NCBI GenBank assembly: GCA_044892525.1
Contig: CM097885.1
Coordinates: 162,564,001 to 162,628,000 of the forward strand
DNA: 64,000 bases
Direction: 5' to 3'
Source: Schmidtea polychroa
Taxonomy: Eukaryota
Part shown: piece after piece, positions 33,991 through 44,356 of the stretch
Layout: every line of letters begins with the position of its first letter
Numbering within the stretch: the first letter of the stretch is position 1
The notes under the pieces: model-generated
Told to the model about the DNA's origin: nothing
Database searches by the model: none
Seen by the model: only the letters and a program-made list of their open reading frames with translations
Translations under genes and position numbers: made by a program

Positions 33991-34338
33991 ATGGATGACG
34001 ATAAGCAAGCTTACATATTCCAGACTATATTAACGAAGATGGAAGAATTGTTCCCGAATATAAAGAACAGACTTTCATATTGTGCTCCGGAATTATTAGC
34101 TTATAGAATCAAGCAATTAACTGGGATCAATATAGAAGAACTTATACGAAGACATTTCGAATCTGTACAAGAATCAAGATTTAAATGCATAGACGATTGT
34201 GAAGTATGTATGGATCCGATGAAATTACCATGTCCGTTTAGATGTAGATGCTGCCAAGAATATAAGATGAAAGAAGTTGTTCATATTTTACTAGCAGAAT
34301 TAAGAAGAGCTTATTACAAGCAAATATTGGATGAATAA
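33991..34338 (+). CDS. Cys-rich protein of unknown function, 115 aa
   Basis: ATG in A-rich context; CIDDCEVCMDPMKLPCPFRCRCC cluster; the stop falls in the AATAAA at the TIR boundary. Confidence 0.75.
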   Translation: MDDDKQAYIFQTILTKMEELFPNIKNRLSYCAPELLAYRIKQLTGINIEELIRRHFESVQESRFKCIDDCEVCMDPMKLPCPFRCRCCQEYKMKEVVHILLAELRRAYYKQILDE

Positions 34339-35984
34339 ATTTTATATCTTTACATTTGTTAATTGTTTGTGTTTTATGTGTCTAGTTCATTTTTATGTAT
34401 TTGGTTGATATATTATTTTTATTATTATTATTATTATTTTTATTATTATTATTTCATAAAAATCTTCATTAAAAGTTATCTTAAAAATTTCCATCTAAAA
34501 TTATCATTGAAAAATATTTCATAAAAATTTCCATTAAAAATTACTTAAAAAATTATTCCATAAAAATTTCTATTAAAAATTACTTAAAAAATTATTTCAT
34601 AAAAATTTTCATTAAAAAATTTCAATTCTCAAACACCTTCTATTATTTCAACTTTTTGTTAATAAATTTTAAAATCTTACTTTAATTTACTTATTACATT
34701 ACTTATTTAAAAATTATTACTTTAATTTACTTATTTAACTTTAATTTAAAATTTTTGACCATTGATTACTTAATTTTAAAATTTGGACCTTAATTAACTT
34801 TAATTTAATTTTTTAGAACCTTAATTTAGTTATTTGAGCCCATTCATTACTTTAATTTAAAAATTTGAACCATAATTTACTGTAATTCAAAAATTTGGAC
34901 CTTAATTTACTTTAATTTAATTTTTTAGAACCATAATTTACTGTAATTGAAAAATTTGGACCAATACTTACTGTAATTTAATTTTTAAGAACCATTATTT
35001 ACTTTAATTTAATTTTTTTAGACCCATAATTTACTTTAATTAAAAAATTTGAGTCATAATTTACTTTAATTTTTTACCATTATTTACTGTAATTAAATTT
35101 TTTAGAACCATTATTTACTTTAATTGAAAAATTTTGACCATTATTTACTTTAATTGAAAAATTTGAACCATAATTTACTTTAATTTTTAGAACCATTATT
35201 TACTGTAATTTAATTTTTAGGACCATTATTTACTTTAATTGAAAAATTTACCACGTTTTTTACTGTAGACCACCTATTTCTCAGGACCAAGGAGACTCAC
35301 CTCACTATAGTCTGAAAAATCCTTGGCTTTTTTAGTGTAGACCACCTATTTGTATTGAAAATATCCTGAGACCTTAAATTACCATGCTTTTTTAGTGTAG
35401 ACCAGCTTTTTGTATTGAAAATATCCCGAGACCTTAAATTACCATGCTTTTTTAGTGTAGACCACCTATTTCTCAGGACCAAGGAGACTCACCTCACTAT
35501 AGTCTGAAAAATCCTTGGCTTTTTTATTGGTAGTAGGATTTTTGTATTGAAAATCCCAGGACCATCGAGACCCCTTCACTATAGCGTGAAAATTCCATGC
35601 TTTTTAGTGGTAGTCGGATTTTTGTATAGAAATTTTTTTTTTGTATTGAAAATCCCAGGACCATCGTTTTTGTATAGAAAAAATTTTTTCGTATTGAAAA
35701 TCCCAGGACCATCGAGACCTCCTCACTATAGTGTGAATAATCCTTGGCTTTTTTAGTGTAGACCAGCTTTTTGTATTGAAAAAAATTTTTTGTATTGAAA
35801 ATCCCAGGACCATCGAGACCCCCTCACTATAGTGTGATAAAAAAATAATTTGGACCAAAAATCCCTGAGAGCAAAAAATGTGAGTTGGAACAATTGCGTA
35901 ATAAAAAGTTGGAACAATTTTACCCCCCCCCCCCCCCCCCCGGGGGGGGGGGTAATTGTTCCAGTGGGCTACTATCTACCTACT
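34332..35984 (-). repeat. Right TIR of the Polinton (1653 bp)
   Basis: Inner boundary TGAATAAATTTTATATCTTTACATTTGT matches 21121-21148 exactly; has extra repeat units around 35290-35520. Confidence 0.92.
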
Positions 35985-36169
35985 TAAATTGCTATTATTA
36001 TGGCATTAAAGGACTTTATATATTATATTTTAAAAAAATCTAATCATTATTTCTCAGTCAAATACCATTCTCAGTTTGATATGAAGTTAACAAGTGGATT
36101 ACATACTCCTTTATCAGAATAAATGTTTATCAATAACAAGTTATTACAATATTTTTATTCGTTAATAAA

Positions 36170-36500
36170 AGTAACTCATATGTTAGAAATAATTTTAATT
36201 ATATAACATTGTCACTTATAATTTTTGATAATGACTTTGTAATGATATTGAATTTGACTAAATAATTTTTTCATATATTTTTTAAGAATATTTCGATTTA
36301 CATATTGATGAACTTTCAAATATTAAATATATAAACCAGTTAACTTTATCATGATGATATATTAAATATATTATATTTGAAATCTACTTGAAAATTATTG
36401 TAGGATATACTGAAATTTGAGATTTAGTTTACTATAATTGCTATAATTGGCTGAATCGGTGAAAAAATTATGTTAAAATATATATAATCTCTAGTCAAGT
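36170..36500 (-). mobile_element. Decayed dispersed repeat (homologous to about 62090-62340), possibly Penelope-like RT remnant
   Basis: Clear nucleotide similarity between the two loci (ACTTTGTAATG...TTGACTAAATAAT...ATTGATGAACTTT). The Penelope call rests on one weak LLKRLFSQNQIHYKVII match. Confidence 0.35.
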
Positions 36501-36653
36501 ATTATGATGGGGTGAAAATAATAATTGTAGTGAATTTGATCTTTGAGAGTTCTTATTATATAGCAACTAAATTATTTCAATGGGAGAATGTTTGGTTGTA
36601 ACAGTTGAATAAAATTCATATTTTTTGAAGATATTTTATGTGTTTTAAGAGGA

Positions 36654-36656
<3 letters not shown>

Positions 36657-36725
<69 letters not shown>
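36657..36725. repeat. (AT)n microsatellite
   Basis: Uninterrupted AT dinucleotide run of 69 nt. Confidence 0.95.
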
Positions 36726-36728
<3 letters not shown>

Positions 36729-37729
36729 GGCTCAAGTGGGTGAAATTAAGGGATGTAGTCGGTTGGATTCTGTAGGGGATCGGTTAAAATTTTTGAGGGA
36801 TATAGTTGGTAGGATGATTAAAGGGGTAGAATTATTTCGTGAGGGATTGGTTAATGTGGGAATCTTTTGAATATTTAAATGGGCATTGTTCTTGTTGAAA
36901 ATGTTTTCATGGAAAATACAAAAGATTAGTCAGCTATGAATCAATAATAGTTCCTATGTGAAATTATAACGTTTTATTAGGTTGTGATGAATGCACAGTA
37001 AATTAATTTAGAAATCTGGTTTAGAACAATGTTTAATTGATTTTCTATTAATTATCCAGGGTTTTATTAGGTCATTTAGGGTTAATGTCCAATTTACTTA
37101 GTTTTATGTTTTTACAATGAAATATTTAGAGATAATTGGGATTGATATCAACTTTAAACTATTTTTATCTTTATTTAGGATGTTATAGGCGGACAAAAGT
37201 TGAGAAATATTGACTTAAGAGAGTTGGACAACAACTAAAGAAAATTGATCGTTATTGGAGGAAATTTATGATTTATCAGGTGATTTTAATTAGATTTAGA
37301 AATATATTTTATTGAATGGATAAATTTAATCTTTCAATGGGATGTAGTCGGCTAAATTGTACAGTAATATTTATTTTAAATTTCGAGTAGAGTGATATGA
37401 AATTAGATTAACTTGAATGATCAGTATTTAAGATAAATATTTAAGATAAATATTTACTGGAATATTAATGACTAGATTTTAAAGTTCTTTCTTGTCCATT
37501 AATTAGATTGTAATGATGTTTTGAATAATTTTTACATGTTATTTTCACAATGATTTAAGATATTCGATAAATTACAAAGAATATTTTGTTAGTACTTAGT
37601 TGTGCGTACCTAGTTGTTGGTAAATGGTTGTAAGTTTCCTTCCATTAGTAACTGGTTCTTTGGTATGTAGCTGTTTGTTAGAAGTACATAGTTGTAAGTA
37701 TTTGGTTGTAAGTATCTGGGTGACCTTTT

Positions 37730-38990
37730 AAATTCTGACTTAAACATATTTGATTTTAATAATTTATAAACAAATAATATTTTCCCACAGCCCATTGGAT
37801 CAATAATTTGATATACTGCATCATTTCTTAATTCCATTTTAATTAATTTAATCTATTAATATTATTTTTTAGCTAATTGTTATACATGAATAAAAAAATA
37901 TTCAAATATAATTACATTATTAATGCTTAGCAATATAAATTATTATTTTTACTATTATTATTTTATTATTATTATTATTTGCAAAATTTGCAGCTAAATT
38001 ATATTTAAGAATTATTTCATTAAAATTTTCATTTCTCAAAAGCTGCCTATTATTCAAACATTTTTATATTAGATTTAAAATTATTACTCTAATTTACTTA
38101 ATTTAAAAATTTAAGCCAATAATTTACTTTAATTCAATTTGTAGACCATTTATTTACTTATTTTAATTATTACGAACAATTCTCATCATCTTTCTAAATT
38201 TATTACTTAGTTTTAAAATTTAGTCTTTTCATTTACTTATTTACAAAATATAACTCTTATTTAGTATTATTTTATTAGTAGAAGTTAATTGAAATCTGTC
38301 TTTGAAATTAATTTAATAAAAATTTCTATTTAATTTTGCCTTAGAAAATAATTTCATAAAAAATTTCATTTAAATTTGACTTCTCAAAACCCGACTATTA
38401 TTAAAACTTTTTGATAATAAATTTAAAATTCTTACTTTAATTTACTTAATTTAAAAATAATTACTTTAATTTTAAATTTGATTCAAATTTTAGCCTTTTA
38501 ATTCACCCATTATTATAATTATAATTATTATAATTTTGTGGGACTGGTGTCTAAGTGGTGAATTTACTATTTGGTTTTGACGTTGGTATGAAGTTCAAAT
38601 CCAAGTTTGAAAGACTTTTTTCAAAAATTAATTTTTAACAGTTATTTTTAATACAAATCGAATTAGCATACTTTATTAGCTATAAATTGAAATTTTCATA
38701 AAAATCGGTTAATGATTTTTAGGTTTATAGTATTTTCTCACCTACTGATATAAAATGCAGTAAACAAGCATTAAATAATAATTGATATTAATTTTCAGAC
38801 CATTTGAGGATTTATTTTATTGTACTTTGTGATTTCATTAATTATGTTTAGTTGTACCCTTCAATTGACCCACCCAAATTATACTTGAAAAATTTAATGT
38901 TTTTTCAGTGATAATTGAATTTTGCATTGAGAATCCAAGGACCATTGAGACCCCTTCACTATAGTCAGAGAAATCTTGGTCCTTTTTTCT
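37730..38990. mobile_element. Decayed, internally deleted relative of the Polinton right end
   Basis: ATPase 5' end MELRNDAVYQII...KSNMFKS (minus strand, start 37837); MLSNINY at 37923 matching the TBP-like N-terminus MISNINY; TIR-like AT tracts; GGACCATTGAGACCCCTTCACTATAG near 38940-38965. Confidence 0.8.
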
Positions 38991-39907
38991 ATAGGGCCTT
39001 TTTTGTATTGAAATTTTTATTTTGTATAAGACACAATTCCGGGGCCACTGGTCAAGTCAAAACGCCAACAACCAACTCGGTCAGAGGAAATAAGAAACGA
39101 AAAATGTTGCAGGCAGAACGAGAAACCCAATTAGTTGCCGAACGGATTCGTCTAGCCCTGAATCCCCCCCAGAGGCGCCAATAACCTCGACAAGGCAGTC
39201 TCGCCGTCCTATCTATCTTTAAATTTAGCCCCCACAATCATTAGAAATGTCAGAAACATTAATATATATTTTTAGTAACACTCCCGGTAACCTAATCGTC
39301 AGGAATAAGATCAATAACCATTCAAACTATATGTAAATATGAATACATGTAGTGTGTGTGTATGTATCAATCATGAGAACATAAGTTGTATTTCCGTCAA
39401 TGACCACTACTCTATCAGTATATAAAAGAGTATATCTTTATCTGAACTTACTTGACAAAAGTAAGAATTCGAATAACACGATTGAATAAGCCAGACTCAC
39501 AATCTAAAGTCACAAATAATGTTCCGACTAGCTAAAAATAAATGCCTTAATACATACAAACTACGCTAAATTCAAATCAGAATACTTAGAACTCTAATAA
39601 AAATTATTTAAACCGATAAAGATAAGTAAGAAAAGCAAAACTCGACAGACTAACTAAATTTATTAATACCATAAGTTAATCAGAGATTCGCATGAATCTA
39701 GAATATAAATTTTAAACATATCGAGTCTAGAAAGTGGCTGTTACTCAACAGGAATTAAACTAGGTATTCTTTAAGCACTTTGGAATCGGGGTGATTTAAC
39801 GGTCAGTAGAACATTTGTTTTTAATTAAATTTCCACTGTCGGCGTGACAAAGGGTTGGGGCGTTTAACGAATCTGAAAATGATGATATTTAAACCGGGTA
39901 TTTAGAG

Positions 39908-40300
39908 ATGTCGCAATCCAGCAATCGCAGCGAGGAGGATCAGCACAACGAGACAATCACTCGCCTCCGGACCAGGTATGTATGGTACAAAATGTACGAA
40001 TGGAATCGGGGTCAGGACCTCGCCAACTGGGGCCTCGTAATTCGTAGTGGACCAGAACCCGATGCCTCGGCGTGGGTCAAGACAGAGCCAGATAACAATT
40101 GGCTAGTGGAGGCTCGAGATCGAGCTATCGGTGAAATAGAAGCGGCACAATATAAGCTTCGGTTGATCCAAGCCCAGATTCGCGCGGTCGAAGCCGGCAA
40201 GCCTATCGAAGAGGCCGAAGACTTGGAAGACGACGAAAGACGGCTCCACGAAGTTGAATGCGAGTCTGTGATCTTTGACTGCAATAACAATAATTTGTGA
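39908..40300 (+). CDS. Orphan 130-aa ORF, Trp-rich N-half and helical acidic C-half
   Basis: ATG-initiated and markedly more GC-rich than its flanks; no family recognised. Confidence 0.45.
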   Translation: MSQSSNRSEEDQHNETITRLRTRYVWYKMYEWNRGQDLANWGLVIRSGPEPDASAWVKTEPDNNWLVEARDRAIGEIEAAQYKLRLIQAQIRAVEAGKPIEEAEDLEDDERRLHEVECESVIFDCNNNNL

Positions 40301-40462
40301 TTATAATTCTTAGTTGAATTGTAACGATCTCATAGCTTGTGGTATCTGCATTATTAAAAATGAAATTGTTACACATCTTTATATCGAATTAGTTTTTAAT
40401 TTAAGCCGGATCACAGAGATATAGAATGCGTATGAGGGTTATCGTTATATATCCGTAGAGAG

Positions 40463-40813
40463 TTGAGGCGGAAGAGAAGAATAGTATATAAGAAGCCCAT
40501 TAATCGTGTTTGTAATTTAGTGTTCAAACTCTTCGAAAACCTCAGAAAGGACCGGGAACAGGCCAAACAACAAGTCGAGCGCCTTCAGGCAAACATTACC
40601 AAGTTCAAGGAACGATGCAGAGAGATGGAACGTACTTGGTTTCGTCCCGAGGTTATGCATAAACGCAAGAAACAGATCGAGCAATTGCAGCTCCAAAGTA
40701 CTCAAGACAAGACCGAAATCCGCGAACTGAAATTGCAACTGAACGAGAATTTTTATATGCAGCTTGCAAACTTCGCGGTCTTGGACTTGTATCATCCATT
40801 GACGAATACCTAA
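40463..40813 (+). CDS. Orphan coiled-coil ORF, 5' end probably disrupted
   Basis: GC-richer, heptad-like REQAKQQVERLQANITKFKE; begins at a TTG, not an ATG. Confidence 0.3.
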   Translation: MRRKRRIVYKKPINRVCNLVFKLFENLRKDREQAKQQVERLQANITKFKERCREMERTWFRPEVMHKRKKQIEQLQLQSTQDKTEIRELKLQLNENFYMQLANFAVLDLYHPLTNT

Positions 40814-41174
40814 TCCAAAGTGTTGTCCACCTCATTAAAGCCTTAAATTCCAATGATAATTTAGGAATTTAATTGTAAATGAACTTATTGAAGCCAGAGG
40901 ACAAGGAGATTTAAATGTTGCACTCTCCTGGCTGAACGGTTTAATATCTAAAAGCTACCCAACCTTTTCTATATTCTCAAAGTTTAAAAAATGTGCCCGA
41001 CATCTACTTTATCAATATGGTATATCTACCAAAATCGCAATACTTGAAGACCTATTACAACTCGAAATAAAATACAAGAGTCGTATTAATTATTTCACAT
41101 CAGGTAACTTAAATGAAACCTCTTCTGAATTACACTCCATTATTGGACTTATCCATGCTGAACGTTGGTGCGCG

Positions 41175-41830
41175 ATGAAATGCCAAGGCTATATGGCAAA
41201 GGCAATTGAAGAAAGCAGCATTGCCGATTATTTTTTTAAAAGCGACATCCTTCCTGATGCCCAATTCTTTCTTCTAATCCGCGCACGCAACAATATCTTA
41301 AAATTGAACTATTCACCTCACGGCCTTAAGACCAAAAAATCAATACTCTGCAGACATTGCCACGCTCACCCCGAAACACCTGCACACATCTTTAATCACT
41401 GTCAGGCTCGTATAAATGAACGTAGAAATAAACACAATAATGTCTTACAGACCGTAGCAGAGTTTCTTATTTCTATCAACTATGAGGTAGATATAGAAAA
41501 AATATCTGAAGGAACCTCCTCTACTCTCAAATCGGATCTTCTACTTAAATTAAAGCGTAATAAATCTATCCACATCTTGGATATTAAGGTTCCATTTGAC
41601 TCAAGAGAAAATTATGATAACTCTAGAAAAAATAATTACAACAAATATAAGGGACTAGGCGAGGAAATTGGAAGACTACATAAATGCCCACACACTTTAC
41701 ATGCTCTTTTAATAGGCACTTTAGGGTGATGGGATAAGAAAAATGACACAATACTCAAAATTATCGACCTATCCAATAATGAGATAAAGGAACTTGCGAA
41801 AAAACCCTGTGTAGCCGCAATTAATAGCAG
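41175..41830 (+). pseudogene. 3' end of an RLE-type (R2/NeSL/Utopia-like) non-LTR retrotransposon
   Basis: CRHC...ETPAHIFNHC zinc knuckle, KHN, SD...LDIKVPF, YNKY, IGTLG*W (Trp codon region follows a premature stop). Confidence 0.88.
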
Positions 41831-42385
41831 CTACCAAATATAGACAACATATATATAAAGAATGATTATAGATATATAGATTATTTGTATCCAATGAGTA
41901 GATGGATTGGGGCCCGCTAGATAGATCACATACCCCCCCCCCCCGACCGGAAAATTTTTTAGAACAAAGACAATGACTCTTCCTATGACTCATCAAGAAA
42001 ATATTATTATTTTTCGAATTATTATTATGTGATCTAGCGGGCCCCTGGTTTTCGTTTGCCCAAATGTTATCGTTCCAATCGATCGATCGCTTATTTTGAA
42101 GCTTAGTGCAAGACCTTTCGAATGAGCTATTGAAGGTATCATCATCATTAATATTGACAAAGTTATTAACGTTTTCCCGAGACCATTCAAGGTCATTTGA
42201 CTATTTTATTATTATTTTTCAAAATATTATTTTTTCTAGGTCAAAAATTTTTTCAAGGTCATATTTTAAAATTTAAATTTACAGAGTTCCCGCCAACGAA
42301 AATTGTTCAACGATAGCTCATTTTAAAGTCCAATCCAAGACCTTTCGAATGGGCCATATATTATTAACATTATTATTTCTAAAGA

Positions 42386-42458
<73 letters not shown>

Positions 42459-42700
42459 TGCAAATATTCATAAAACTTAATTTCTACGTCAATTTCATGA
42501 TTTTCAACATTTTCATCATTTGCATGAATATTTTAATAATTTTCAATATTTTCATAATATCCAACTTTATCAACATTTTCATGATTTTCATAATTATTAA
42601 TATTTTCATGGATTTTTAACATTTTCATAATTTTCTACATTTTCAATATTCTCATAATTATTTCAGGAACATTTTCATCAAATATTTTTCTTCTTCTTTA

Positions 42701-43015
42701 GTGATTTTCAAGCGCAAAACAATACCTAAAGATGTCTTTCCTAAAGGAGTAATTGTTACTGCAAACGAAAAAGGGTGGGTCGATGGAAGTATTGTTAACT
42801 ATTGGTTAGAGAATATTTGGCGTAAACGCAAAAATTCATTTTTTTGCAATAAATCTGTTTTAATATATGATTCAGCTCGGCCACATATCACGCAAGATGT
42901 CAAAGATAATGTGGGAAAATATTCCCAGTTGGTCGTAATCCCCGGGGGCCTGACATCAAAATTACAACCCCTGGACCTAACTGGATACCTGAAGGCTCAA
43001 TACTCCTGGACCTAA
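42701..43015 (+). pseudogene. pogo transposase fragment
   Basis: IFKRKTIPK...NEKGW...LIYDSARPH...VIPGGLTSKLQPLD. Confidence 0.88.
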
Positions 43016-43743
43016 GTTAACCGAACCGAAACTCAAAAGTACCCAACTGGCGATGGCTTGCCATGTTTATTGTATACTGCCTAATGGATACCCGCGTTTG
43101 AAGAATCTGTGAATGAATACCACTGTACTAACGATTGAGCCTCGGCTGATCTTTCAGAGATTATGAAGCTTTAGACTTCTAAGGGTGAGAACCACTCCCC
43201 TTCAGCCTTAACCGGCAAGTGGATTTGATTCAAATAAAATTGGATTTTTTTTTGTTTGACTACCTGTAACCCACCAGTTTCAATAAGTGAGGTAAGACGT
43301 AAGTCCTTCTATCGGCAGTCAGATGGTGGGTAAGTCGAAATATGGTGAAGGAGCAGTCCTAAGGCAAGGGCTCTTCCGCTTCACTATATTCCGCCATCAT
43401 GGCACAGTACACCCATGATGGGGGTTCTGACTAGCTGTCGACTAATAGGGCCTTTTTAATTTGAGTGACCTTCATCCCATAGCAGCGAGTGAATGTTTGT
43501 TGACCTAGTCGACTACCCAAAATGATTCTGATTTGTTTGACTACACTAATACATGCACACAAACTCGCACACCAAAAATAAGGTATATATACCGACGCAT
43601 TTCAGTCACACAAACACAAACGCTACTTTGCCACATTTATTTTGTCTAATTTTTGGAAATCGATAAGTAAAGAACTTTCATTAATGTGTTATCATGCTTA
43701 AAAATAATTTTTTTTGTCTTCAATTTTCATCAGTGATCTAGAG

Positions 43744-44356
43744 CAGCGCTGTCCAACTGGCGACCCATGGGCCGCATGCGGCCCATCTCATCATTTTCTG
43801 TGGCCCATTCACAAAATAAAAATATCTGTATAATGGAATTTTTTTTTTAAATTTTTGTCAATTTTAAATATGACCAGCATTATATCAGTAATATTATTTG
43901 TCTTATTTTTCTTTCTAATCTAGTTTTTGTCATGAAACTTTACTGATCTATATTTAATTCCGCAACTATATGACACACGCATAGCCAATACTATTTTGTA
44001 CTATTTTGTATTACTTTTTTCCAGTCTAGTATGCCATGAAACTATACCCACAAGTGACATAGTTTATTTAAAATTGTAAACGTTGTTTAATTACGTACAA
44101 TGAAATACATATGTATTTAAATTTTAAAATCTGTAAACGCGTGTTTAATTGTTTTTATTGTGAAATTTTATTTGCTTAATATACACATAAAATTAGGTAA
44201 GTACATTTAAAAAATTTGGTATTTAATTTTTTTTTTAATTTCTTAGTTTTTTATTATTTCAAGCGAACTTATTTTATTATTTAAAATTTATATGGCCCGC
44301 CAAACCTACAAAAAGATAAAATTGGCACACATGTACAGAAAAGTTGGACAGCGCTG
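43744..44356. mobile_element. hAT MITE, 613 bp
   Basis: Perfect 15-bp TIR CAGCGCTGTCCAACT; perfect 8-bp TSD ATCTAGAG. Confidence 0.93.

Larger units (their letters stand above)
19774..35984. mobile_element. Complete Polinton/Maverick (adintovirus-like endogenous virus), 16,211 bp
   Basis: Ends AGTAGGTAGATAG / CTATCTACCTACT; TSD TAAATT at 19768-19773 and 35985-35990; long TIRs; pPolB, PRO, MCP, mCP x2, INT and ATPase all open (two only after splicing). Confidence 0.97.
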
